Shown one piece after another: positions 47,553 to 60,000 of a DNA stretch of 60,000 nt; position 1 is the first letter of the stretch, and each line of letters begins with the position of its first letter. The notes under the pieces were generated by a model, which did no database searches, had not been told where the DNA came from, and saw only the letters and a program-made list of their open reading frames with translations. Source of the stretch: Schmidtea polychroa (Eukaryota); the NCBI GenBank assembly GCA_044892525.1, contig CM097885.1:13270001-13330000 (forward strand), given 5' to 3'. The translations under genes were made by a program, and so were the position numbers.

Positions 47553-48100
47553 TGATGAGGATACCTAAATAATAAAATAAAACAATTGTTATTAAAGTGA
47601 ACAAAATCAGTGGTGGGAAAATATAAAAAATAAAGGACATGTTGCTCAACAATTCTAGGAAGTAGGAATAAGAGATTGAAAAATAGAAAGTATATAGCAA
47701 TAAAATCAAACATTTAAATACGACAAGGTCGTTGTTAATTAACAAGTACAAATTGGAGATTGCTTGGTCAACGAATAAACCACCGGAGAAATACGAAAAA
47801 TAAAAAAGGATAAAAATGAAACAAAATTGCACATCTTAACAGCTGCCTGACATAACAGGAATGAGTGGAAATGGTGGAGATTGTAAAAAAGAAATTAAAA
47901 TAACATAGGAATTATCTCTAAGTACTGTAAATAACAAAATATAAAAGGGAGAGACACAAATGAAGAAAACAAAATTAAATCTAGAAGAGAGACAGAAAAA
48001 AATAGATGAAATATTTGAAGAAAACTATAGAAATGGAGAAACATTATTACAGAAACTAAGGAAAGCAAACAGAAAAATAAGTAACCGGCCGATTGATACA
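47553..48100 (+). repeat. Diverged plus-strand copy of the TGTTGAGGATACC repeat (another at ~45387-45720)
   Basis: Begins TGATGAGGATACCTAAATAA and continues with a similar purine-rich body; end not defined. Confidence 0.45.
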
Positions 48101-50398
48101 AGCAATTCAAGGATGTTCAATTGAAGAAAGAGTGTATCTTAATAATCCTGAGTTTCGAGTTTTGAATTTTGAGTGGTTAATCCTTCGTGTAATTGTGCTA
48201 ACAGAAATTAAGTCGATTGTAATTGTGATAGCCAATAAATATTGGTAATATAAAAAACTTATCATTGGGAAAATCGATAATGCAATGCGGAACTTAGGAT
48301 ACAGCAAAATTCACAAATCAACCATATTTGGGATCAAGCAAAACAACTATCATTATAATTATTACTTCTACCATACCGACCAACATCATTAGTATTAGGA
48401 TTTTCATCCGCGGTATTGTAGGAAATATAAATATAAATATCCTATTCGTTAGTCTGATTACCGAGATCCGGTTGGTTAAGAACAAAGTAAATAGTTTTAT
48501 TATTATTAGGAATACCCACGGAATTATGGGGAAGAAGATAGGACATTTTGTCATTATTTCTTATATTACTGACGTGTTTCCTAAAGTTAGTACAACCATT
48601 TAAGTTACAGTGATCACCAGCATCAGTATTACTGCCATTCGGATATCATTGTTGTAATAATTTTTACTGTGTTCGATATTTGATAAAATAAAATGAATTT
48701 AATGCAAATAAACAATATTTTTTTTATTTGTATTATTTTTTCATCTTTTCATTTTTTCCCACAGAAAAACAAAATTAAAAGAAAATTTGGTAATTTCTGT
48801 AAATACCAAACGAATAAAATGTAATTTAATTAAGTACCAAAATAAGGGTATTTCAGTTTCAAAAAATAGAGCGGTACACCGGTATTGTATGCCCTAATCG
48901 TTACTCGATTGCAATCTGCCTCACCAGCGTCCTGATAGTCATTTATATGCTTTACACATAATTCGAAACGGCTAACTCCAGTCATTGTTTCTTCTCAGAT
49001 AATATTCTTAAGCCCATGGCCTTTTATCAATCTTAGTGCAATGGTTACCCATCCTCAGAACCAGAGAAAGCAACACCAACGAAAAAGGAGAACCCTAGCG
49101 GGACTCAGAGAGCTTGGAAACGAAGGTTACGTGTATAACTGGAAAAATTCATCAGACTAACCACCATTGAACGTCGGGATCTTCTTCCACCTCGACAATC
49201 TCCTTGCCGAAACTAAATAAAACTCAAATTGACAATCTGTATCTGTTTTTGTTTGATTAGAGAATTAGTTCCTCGAATAAATGATATTATTAGCTTTGTT
49301 CCATGGTTCCTTAATTTATGTCTGTTTTTCTTATGTCCTGATGATTCAATTGTATAGCCTCCTTCACTTGTCGCCGTACAGTTCATGAGAGTTCTATTGA
49401 TGTTTACCAACAGTCCGATGTCATCAAACGGAAATCCCCTGATAGCACCATGAAAATTATGTTATCAGAGACATAAAACCTTCTATCGGCCGTCTAAAAT
49501 CACCAATCGATGTCATGCAGAGAGTAGTCTTGTCAACGAAGCTCACTTCTCTGCTCACTTTCAGCCACTGTATACAGTACCAACATTGTCTGTCACTATG
49601 GATATATAGTGCGTTAGTATTAACAATATTGTGGTCGTCTTGACAACGCATCACTTCTTACGTTACTTAGACAGTGCCTCGAACTTGTTCTCATTTCAAC
49701 CCAACACTATCATTTACCCATCATGAACCCAGCCATCGTTTTCCTTTACCATGATTACCTCTTTTAGACTTTTCACCAATACATTGTTTAATATATAAAA
49801 CAAGTTTTTGTCAATACCTTTTTAAATTTCTTTCGCGTATAACAACCTAAAATAACAAATAATTGAATTTGAATTTTTCATTGCATTTTATGAATTTAAA
49901 AAAATGGCAAATAGTAATGTAACTAATTTTAATAAAATCAACTTACGAAATTTTTTGTATAAATTTTTAAAAATTTGTAAAAAAAATAAAATTCATGAAA
50001 TAGAAATGTTTTTTTGACAAAAAATTAGAAATAAAATGTAAATATATAAAAGTTTAGAAATTTACATCGAAAATTTATACCTAAAAATAAATTAAAATTT
50101 TTATTTAACATCAATGATACTTTAAATGCTCTAGGATGAATTTATAACCTGAAACATTTTGATTGTTTAATGTAAAACTTTACTCTGTGTTTAAATATAC
50201 TAAATTGTATTTATGCCTACCGTGGATGATTTAAATCACAAGGTCTTTTTCCGTAGCATTTTATTTTATAATTAATAAGAATATTATAAAAATAAATAAA
50301 AATTGTAATAATATGATTTTAATTAAATTTAATTAAATATATTAAACATATTATTAATAATTTAATTTTTTCTAGTCATACATATTGATTTTTAAGAA

Positions 50399-50591
50399 AT
50401 GGAATGTAGTACCACTTGCAGCAGCAATGAAAATATCTGTGATAGTAATAACAAAAATGATTTTGATGAGTCAAAAGAGGCTGAAGGTGTATGGTCGCCT
50501 GATATAGAAAACAGCTTCAATGAAGCCTTGCAACTCTATCCGCCATGTGGGCGTCGTAAAATCGTGTTGAGTGAAGAAGGAAAAATGTACG
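50399..50591 (+). CDS. TEAD: TEAD/scalloped coding exon 1, N-terminal half of the TEA domain
   Basis: [39 protein letters not shown]; donor G|GTAAG at 50592, phase 1. Confidence 0.96.
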
Positions 50592-50684
50592 GTAAGCAAA
50601 TTTCAATCAATTGTCTTAGTTGTTATTTTACATAAAAGATTAAACTATTTTTAACTGAAAGTTTATAATTATCTCTTTGTAAAG

Positions 50685-50975
50685 GTCGAAACGAGTTGAT
50701 AGCAAGGTATATAAAAATGCAAACCGGCAAAAGTCGATCACGCAAACAAGTATCTAGTCACATTCAAGTGTTGGCTCGAAGAAAATCCAAAGAAATCCAA
50801 AATCAAATCCAAGAAAAACACACGAGAGAGCAAGCAAGACAACAGTTGGCCAACATGAGCAGTGCCCAAATCGTTTCTGATTTTAAAATCAAAGAAAATC
50901 TATCATTATGCAATGACAATAGAAACAAATCTCCAAAATTTGTCGATAACAATATCAGTTCTTTTTCAAATACTC
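50685..50975 (+). CDS. TEAD: TEAD coding exon 2, rest of the TEA domain
   Basis: Acceptor AAAG| restores [39 protein letters not shown]...[11 protein letters not shown]; donor C|GTTAGT at 50976, phase 1. Confidence 0.94.
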
Positions 50976-53081
50976 GTTAGTAAAATTAATTAAAATTAAT
51001 TAAAAATAATTAAAATTAATTATTAATTAATTTTAATTTTGCTGTTTTTATTTTTAAAAATTAAATTTACAATTTTTAATTATTAATTATTTGGTTTTTT
51101 TAATTTAAAAAGTTTTTTGTATAAAAGTTTGAAAATTTTTAAAATTGTTTTCGAATTTTTTTTAATAAAAAAAATCAATTTTTTAATTATCAAATTATCA
51201 TTAATTTATTTGAAAAATTATCTATTTATTTCTATTGTATTGATTATAAATTGTAAGGATTATTTCAGACATGCCCAAACATTAAAAAAATTATCAATTT
51301 TTGTGACTCGCCTGGAAAAATCACTTAATAAAAATTCGATTTTTTATTTAATCAAATAAACATTAATTACTATATTAATAAAACACTTAGTAATTATTCG
51401 CATTAGCAATAAATAAATAGCAAAATGACTTTGTAATGGGCTTAAAGCATGTATTTGTCAATCCTAATAAATGTTTCCGACATCTATATTATACAAAAGA
51501 TAATTAAAAACAGAATTCCTTAAAATTATAAATGTTATTAGTTTTTCCCATTTTTTGCAAAATTTTTTTTTTATCATTTAAAAATTTAAATTTTAGATCA
51601 AAACTTTAAAAATCACTACAGAGTAACCACGCAGAAATGGCAATTTCTAAATGAATGTCTATAGTTCTATCCTTTCGCGTTTCTTAGTACAAAATATTTT
51701 TAAAATTTTCACGCGCCTGATAAAACATTTAATTTGCGATCTAGACTTTGACAATCATTAATGTATTTTATTTTAATTAAAAAAATATTTTAATAATCCT
51801 ATTTCCATTTCTCACACTGTTTCCCATTTTTATTACTTTTGTGTTTTTGCGTTAATTAAATTATTTCCCGAAAAAAATTCGTTGGATTTATTAATGATAA
51901 TTTTTTTTGTTTGGAATTCAAATCCATTTTTAATGAAAACTTATTGCAAATGATGAATCAAAATCGTGAATGAAAAAAATAAAATTTTCACCATGACACA
52001 CATACACCGGAAATTCCGCCAATCAAATACAAGCAGGCTAAGCATGAAAATCACAATTTCACTATTTTATCGATTGTGCTAAAACCGCATAGCGAGTTCA
52101 ATGAACTTTATTTTGAGCACCAATCAAATTTGTATCTGAGAAGGTTTTTATTTATCATCTTAAAATAGCTTTTGCAAATAATAAATCAATTTCAACTGTA
52201 TGGTCAATCATAAATATATGTTAATTACTAAAATACGTTTCAATCAGTTTCCTAATTTAATTTTTTTTTCTAAATTTATTACAAAAATCAAGTGGAAAAA
52301 ATTGAAAAATGCTTTTTATTTTCATATTTATCATTATAACAGAAAAATATTCAATAAATAAAAATTTTTCATAAAACCTGTAAAATTTACAGAATACAAA
52401 TTAATTCCATTTCAGTTTTCTGCATGAATTCATTGAAAAATAATTATCGATTAAATTTTTTTTGGATTTTCTAATTGAAAGCATCACCGCACAATTATTG
52501 ACGTTTAAAAAAAATCTATTTTCGATATTATAAAAATATATTTAACAGAAGTCAAAAATAGAAATTAAATAAAAATAAAATTCTCAAAGAAAAAAATTAA
52601 ATAAATTCGAAATTTACAGATAAAATGCCAAATTAAATTTAAATTAATTTCCTTTAATTACAATGTCTATATCGACATCCAATAATGTCATATACACCAG
52701 GATCATCTACTACTGGAAACAAAAGAGCATCGATTCTTAACCAAACCATCCGAAACGTTTGTTTAAAATCATAAATTCATTTCTTTTTATCCTATTTAGT
52801 GTTTCTTAATTCCTTATGATCAGTTTTACTAAACACTTTTCTCCATCAATTTTATTACTATTTACAATATCAATTGAAAAGAAGTCAGTGGTGAAGATTG
52901 AAAAAAGTTCTTATAATATTAATTGAAGATATTATTATAAACATTTATTTAGTAATATCAACCTAAGAAATATTTTATTATAAAATTGAGACTGTTGATC
53001 AATAAATTCAATTTAATAAATTAATTAAATTTATTGATTTATAGAATCATAAAAAGAAATCGAAAATAGTCGATCAATGAC

Positions 53082-54315
53082 TGTAAGTTGTATTAATATA
53101 TTAATATTAATATATTCGGATGTTTGTAGAATGTTGAAATTGAATAATTATATTGCTCGGAATATTATTTATATTTAGTTAAAATTCCCCAATTATGTTT
53201 TTATTGGAAAATTGTTTTTGTTTTAATAAACGCATCATTGGTATGTATTAAAAAGAAACGAAAAGATGATATAAGAATTTACTTAGATTTTAGAGTTTTA
53301 CATTTAACAACATATCGACCTATTTATACTGAATACAGATGCAAGTTTTGACAGAATTGGAGTTGTACTATCACTAGATTCATTGAAATGAAACAGTAAA
53401 CGCTTATGGATCACACGCGATGAACTCACATGAGCTAGTATAATGCATCACTAGAAAAAACTGCTTGTAATTTACAATTTTACGTTACATTTTAAACACT
53501 ATTTATACGGGAAACGTTTTCAAGACGAAGAAACAACTGTAAACGTGTTGAAAAATAAATGAATTTGGAAATATGGAGTACCAAAATTTATACACCGATA
53601 GAGGAAATTCGTTTGAAACAAAATTAATAGATTTAATAAATATTCATCGAATTCAAATAGTGTATTAAACATCCGTATCATCATTCAGCTAATGTAATGA
53701 TTGAAAGACAATTTAGAACTATACGATATGCCATCCAAATTTCCTTAAAAGATAAAATTTATAAAAACTGGGCAGTTATTTCTAGAAGTTGAATTTATGT
53801 TTAATTCAACAATTCAGAGTACAATAGGATTTAGTCCAGCAGAAGTAGTGTATGGCAAAAATATAAATAAAGAATGGCAGTCAAACGACAACCAATATTT
53901 GAACACTGAAGAATATATTGAAAAGAAAAATATCCTATAATAATGAGCCTCGAACTAATAAAGAATTCGCTGTCGATGATAAGGTATGGATTAAAGAAGA
54001 TGTAACAACAATAGATGATAATATATATAATGGTCTTGGAGAAATAATTGAAAAAAGATATGATCGGAGGTACGTGATAAAAATGCCAGCAGAAAAAATA
54101 AAAATACAAATAAAAATGGCCAAAAGAATTTGAAAACTTAAGATATATTTTAAAAGGTGGAGGTGTAAGTAGTATTTATAAATATTAATAAATTCAGATG
54201 TTTGTGGTATGTTGAAATTGTATAATTACATTGCTCGGAATATTTATTTAATTAAATTCTTCACATATATTATATTAAAAAATTATTTTTGTTTTAATAA
54301 TATATTCTTGAAACA
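53082..54315 (+). mobile_element. Internally deleted, decayed Ty3/Gypsy LTR retrotransposon in TEAD intron 2
   Basis: Paired LTRs starting TGTAAGT (53082, 54164) and polypurine tract AAAAGGTGGAGG (54152-54163). RNase H remnant FILNTDASFDRIGVVLS...AYGSHAM...HFKHYLYGKRF. Integrase remnant YGVPK...TDRGNSF...YHHSANVMIERQFRTIR...STIGFSPAEVVYG. Stops and frameshifts present; right end approximate. Confidence 0.9.
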
Positions 54316-55881
54316 ACTTATAAAAAAAGTTAAATCTTCTAACTTTGATGACGAGGTTAAAAGATCCGAAAAATAAAATTAAAACAAATACAAAAATAAT
54401 CCTTAATCAATATTTTTATCTTCTATATACTTGCTAAGCAATAATAAAGAATAAATACATTCAAATAAATTGATAATTTGAGTTTTTTGTTCAGAATTTA
54501 TAAACTGCATTCTTTTTCTCACATTGCCTTAATTTGTAAACAATTTCCAAAATTCTTGCTCAAATTATTTTCATAAATATGTTTTCATAAGTTTTCATTT
54601 TCCCCTAATAATAGTAAGTTAATATTCTTAATTTTATGTGTCGGCCACATATCACAAATAATGATTACCTTTTATTGCAATATTATTATAGGATACCGCA
54701 TTACTTACAATATGATGTTTATTATATAAACTTAGAAACAAAGGGGTGGCTCAAATAATCGAATTATTATTAAAATTTATAATTTTTAAACAACCAAAGC
54801 AAATTAAAAAGGATGTTTACTGTTTAAATTACATAATTTATACAAATTATGTAAAATAATTCCAACGGCTCGGTCAGTAAGTCCAAGTATTTATATATTT
54901 TATTTGGTGATCCAAACTAACATTATTCATAATATTCTTTATTATAATTTCTAACTCTGTCTCAATTAACAGTAAAAACACGTCTTCTTTTTTCTGACAT
55001 TTTTAAAATGTTAAGGATAAATATTATCAGTGGTTCGGATAATCGAAGTTTTCCTGTACTTTTTTTGACTAGATCACTTAAATATCCTTAAGATACTACT
55101 AAATCATGTGCAATAATACTCTAATTAACGAATAAAATAAATTATATATTAACTAATTCTAATAAGTATTTAATAAGTATTATTTGTAAATAATAATTCT
55201 TTATATTTTAAATAAATAAAATTTTAAAAATTAAAATTCATTAACTAATTAAAAACTAAATAAATAAATAATAAATCATTAACAGAAAGAATAAAAATCA
55301 TTAGAATAAAAATAGAATAAAATCATTAAATAAAAAAATAAAATGACTATTAAACAAACAGTTGACTAATAAATTAAACAAAACTTGATAAAGACAAAGC
55401 CGAAAGTTTGTGTTAAGTAAAATAAATATTTCATCTTTTGTCAAAATGAAAATCAATGAAATAAATAATTATTGTGGATAATTCAAAAAAAAGTAAAAAT
55501 AAAGTAAAAAAGAAATATAATATAAATTTGTTATTTAAAATTATACAATGTTTATAGAATGTCTAATTTTATTTTTGCTTAAGATATTATAAAGTGATGA
55601 TTACTTAGCAGCAGCATTAATTACATTTTAAAACAATTAAATGATAATTTTAAGCTTTTTGCTGCGAATAATGTATTTAATACAAATGAAAAAATTTTCG
55701 AATATAAGATAGTATTACTTCAGTGGCAAAATATTAACTTTGCAAATATGACTGTATTTTGTCACTAAACTTGCTAGCTTCGGCTAGATAGATATGAAAT
55801 TGTATATAGAAATATTGGAGAAAATTATCACTGGTGTTGGGAATTATTTTGATTATTAACTGTACTTTACTTGTTTTTTAA

Positions 55882-56124
55882 CCCCTTTCAGCCCATTTTT
55901 TAATTTCATGTGCACACAGTATAGGTTATGCGACATAACGCTGGTAAATACAATTGTTTTTCTGTTGCCTAATACAACTTTTATTCGTATTCTGCATTGC
56001 CAACTGTTAAAAATACATCTAGCTTCAATTCACATTTGTTGATGCCAACATTTTTAATGGTTCGAAAGACAAAAATTGAATTCTGAATTAATGATTTCAT
56101 TTGGAATCACTGGGCTGGAAAGGA
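55882..56124. mobile_element. piggyBac-type MITE
   Basis: TTAA on both sides (55878-55881, 56125-56128); imperfect 14-bp TIR CCCCTTTCAGCCCA / TGGGCTGGAAAGGA. Confidence 0.75.
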
Positions 56125-56486
56125 TTAAATAAATAAATTATAACTTACTGAATACAACTTGCAAGTAACTCTTTAATAAAATCTAAAAATTTCTGGCGTA
56201 AACATGAATTCGCTAACTATAGAAAAATGAATTTTACTATTGAAAAAAAAATTCAATTTCATTATACAAAAACACTAGAAAAAGCCCGTGGAAAGGATTC
56301 GTGTTAAAATAGAAAGCAAAATATTGCTCGATATCTTAAACCAAAGTTTTGTAAGTGGGGCGGGGCGGTGTATTAAATAGATTTCATAAAAGTATGGGTA
56401 AAATAATACATTATTCGACAATAAAGTAATTACTTCAGGAACTGAATTGACTATTGCTATTTAATACAGTTCTACTATTTATAAAT

Positions 56487-56575
56487 TGTCGTGGGAAATT
56501 AATTTTCCGTGGAATTTAATTTCCAAAACATATATCAAACAAATTGAGGGTGTTATTTTTTGCAATTAACAAAGA

Positions 56576-56654
<79 letters not shown>

Positions 56655-56773
56655 TAGTCAGAGTTTATCCGTCGAGATATTTTGTCCCCCTATGGGTATT
56701 GCTCCCAAGGGTACTTTGTATTTATTTATTATTTTTGGAAATTAATTCCACGGGAAATTAATTTCACACGACA
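56487..56773. mobile_element. 287-bp TGT...ACA MITE with ~42-bp TIRs and a 15-bp flanking direct repeat
   Basis: TGTCGTGGGAAATTAATTTTCCGTGGAATTTAATTTCCAAAA versus TTTTGGAAATTAATTCCACGGGAAATTAATTTCACACGACA; CTACTATTTATAAAT at 56472-56486 and 56774-56788. Confidence 0.85.
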
Positions 56774-56968
56774 CTACTATTTATAAATTAAATCATTAAA
56801 TGAATATATATGTCAATTCAAGTGTATTATTTGCTATGCATAAACACATTTTCAGGAGGGAGCGCTAATAAAACGTTTAAGAACCTCTGGCATATATTGA
56901 TGATAATTGTAAATGAGAATATTTTATTACTGAGTTAATAATAAATTAGTTATATAATTTCAATTTAG

Positions 56969-57327
56969 AAGGCATATCGCGCTTTTCTTCAATTCATCAC
57001 CCCACACCGTTGGTCGCAAATTCCAAACTTCTCGACACCAGCTCGTTTCTACTCAGACCGAATCAAATTCCTCCAATAATGGCATGCACAAATACTCACA
57101 ACATGTATCTGAAAAATGATTCACCGAACGATCTTATTTCTCACAATCATACTCCCATTCCAGCCATGTGGAATGTACCTCATATGTCACGAGCTTCGTC
57201 ACTTTCAGATCAGTCGTCACTTCTCGGTCCTCATCTCTATGTCGGCCGGTCGATCTCGACTCCGAAAATGCGATTGCTGGAACTCAGTGTATTTGTCGAG
57301 GCAAAAGAATATCCGGTTAAAATAGAG
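56969..57327 (+). CDS. TEAD: TEAD coding exon 3: Pro/Ser-rich linker and start of the YAP-binding domain
   Basis: GRSISTPKMRLLELSVFVE matches the TEAD motif GRSIxxxKLRLxEFSAFxE; phase-1 acceptor TTTAG|AAG; donor GAG|GTAGA at 57328, phase 0. Confidence 0.88.
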
Positions 57328-57334
57328 GTAGAAA

Positions 57335-57536
<202 letters not shown>

Positions 57537-57558
57537 ACCAATTATAATTGATTTCCAG

Positions 57559-57750
57559 AAAGGTTTCAGTATGAAAAATTACTGCAAACACATATTTGCT
57601 CACTTGAACTCTACAGAATCCAGTCTTGGACATCCATTTCTCGAACACATTGAAATATCACAAATCTGGGATAAATATCCCGAAACTGATGGTCTTAAAG
57701 AATATTTTGAAAGGGGTCCTCAAGATGCGTTTTTTATGGTGAAATTTTGG
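57559..57750 (+). CDS. TEAD: TEAD coding exon 4, YAP-binding domain
   Basis: Acceptor TTTCCAG|; KHIFAHL...LEHIEISQIWDKYPETDGLKEYFERGPQDAFFMVKFW; donor after the Trp codon at 57751. Confidence 0.93.
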
Positions 57751-57803
57751 GTTGTTGTTTTAATTGGCATTGGATGGAAAATTTAATTTTCAACTTTTTA
57801 TAG

Positions 57804-57856
57804 ATTGATATGAATTTCGATGTTCTTCCTCAATGGAATCAATTAAGCACCATAAT
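57804..57856 (+). CDS. TEAD: TEAD coding exon 5 (53 bp); gene continues beyond the window
   Basis: Acceptor TTTTTATAG|; IDMNFDVLPQWNQLSTI continues the VKFW-ADLN motif; donor AT|GTAAGT at 57857. The CSFGKQVVEK exon was not found before 60000. Confidence 0.8.
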
Positions 57857-58759
57857 GTAAGTTTTAAATTAAATTAATTAATCAATTTTTAATCGATTTA
57901 ATCATTAATTTAACTTTAAAATATAAATTTCTGTTATAGATAAATCAATAACTAATTAAATTAAAAATATCAGTAAAAAATTGTGTATATAAATTAAGAA
58001 ATAGTAAATGATTTCTTTTTTTAGATTTTACGTGTAGATAAAATGAACAGGGAATTACCCAAGTAATAGTATTGTGAAAGGACCACCCTTAAAGAATATG
58101 GGATATAATTATTATCATAAAAAATAACGGGCTTTCTTTTTTGACTAATAAACATTTCAATCATTTCATTCTATCGAATATATATTCACATGTCATTTAT
58201 TTATTATTTCACTAACAGCTTTTCAATTTTACAATTTTCCAATAAAATAGAACTTGATGGAAAAGAAATTTTCTTTTTCGATAATAAATTGTTTTTAGAT
58301 CCACTGATAAAAATGTTGAAAAACTTTCTTGATCCGATAAAATATCAATTAATCAATTGTGTAATCAGAGAAAAATCGATTGATTTCTGGGAATATTAAT
58401 CGCGAGACTCGATGGAATATCCATTCAATTATCGCAAAATAATTGTTTGTTTGAATGGAATAGTAATGATATATATATATTTTTTATTTATTATTTATAA
58501 GCGAAGAAATTTTTTTTTATTTTACTGATTTCAAATCACAGATGCATTTGAAATTAATAATCCGCTTCAAGGTCGACATTGATTTGAACATGACATTATT
58601 AATAATTACGTGGGGCATTTCGTGTTTTAATGGAAAACGGATTTGATTTTCTAATAATTTATTAATGGAAATGGCTTTTATTTACATTGCTATTTTTTAC
58701 TTTCTAATAGTTATTTTTTAGAACATGATTCTATTAAAATAAAAATTTGATAATTATTT

Positions 58760-59070
<311 letters not shown>

Positions 59071-60000
59071 ATTAGAGTTACCATATTTGTAAAGATAATA
59101 ATAGAAAAAAGTATATATTTTCTCTATTTAGCTATTGAATGAAGTACGAAAGGAGTTGATTGTTTTAATTGTTAATGGTAATATTTCAATACACTTTGTT
59201 GTAAAGAGCAAATGTTCAATTTGTGTTGTTTTATTCATCCTCGTTGTGTAAAATTATAATCATTTAATTTAATTTACTAGTTTATCGATGTTTAGTTTGC
59301 GGTTTTTTTAAATAGAAATTTAATGCACGATTTGAAACTAAAAATCAATAGTCTATTGATACACACAGATATTTAATTAAATTAATCAATCAGTATTAAT
59401 CAATTGAATTGGGTATATTATTATTATTATTAATCAATTGAAAATCGATTTGTTGTATTATAATTGTTTCATTGTGTTGCGAGCGGTTTTCATTGATTAA
59501 TCTGTGAATATTGATTTAATTTTCTAATTGAATAAGTGATCCGTGATTGATTAATAAACTTTGATTTATTAATCAAATTAATTAATCCACAAAATATATT
59601 ATTTGAAATGTTGATGTTGTTATATCGGTGAAAGTATTTCTGGCATGTAATTTATTTTGTTAAATCCCACCAGAAAATCGAAAGTCATTGCTCGGTTTCG
59701 GGCTGAATTCGGATTCTATTGAAAGTTCTGCATAATTCTTAACAACATATCCATATGTTGTTGTGGGAGAACTTATAAACAAATCCCATTTAATCTGATC
59801 ATGCTGATGTATATTATGGGATTGTTAGTTTAGAAATTTCGAATAATGTAAATATTTGGCCAGATTAAGTAAAATATCTTAATAACTGAGGAATAAATTT
59901 CCTTTTTATAATTGAATAAATTATTAATTTTTTTATAATTAATTTAATTTAATTTAAATTAAATCTAATTATAATATCAAATGGTTTTTTTTCCGGTGAT

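Overview
Very AT-rich metazoan genomic DNA with GT-AG introns and (TTA)n microsatellites. A triclad flatworm is my guess from composition; I cannot prove it. The host gene I can name is a TEAD/scalloped transcription factor on the + strand: five coding exons at 50399-57856, continuing beyond the window. Its second intron holds a deleted Ty3/Gypsy element and two MITEs. The first half of the window is dominated by two foldback insertions with the Polinton/Maverick end signature, 5'-AGTAG...CTACT-3' plus a 6-bp target-site duplication (TSD), but no polymerase, integrase or capsid genes. Element A (2508-6797, TSD AACACC) has ~910-bp terminal inverted repeats (TIRs) around a single 119-aa ORF and has captured 1.17 kb of its own right flank in inverted orientation. 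Element B (11369-29059, 17.7 kb, TSD CAGGTG) is about 92% inverted repeat, with ~8-kb modular arms around a 1.4-kb non-coding core. The rest is orphan ORFs (AT-hook, coiled-coil, Cys-cluster), hAT, pogo, piggyBac and MULE-like remnants, LTR-like repeats and a candidate minimal hammerhead ribozyme. All alignments were done by eye; no database searches were run.
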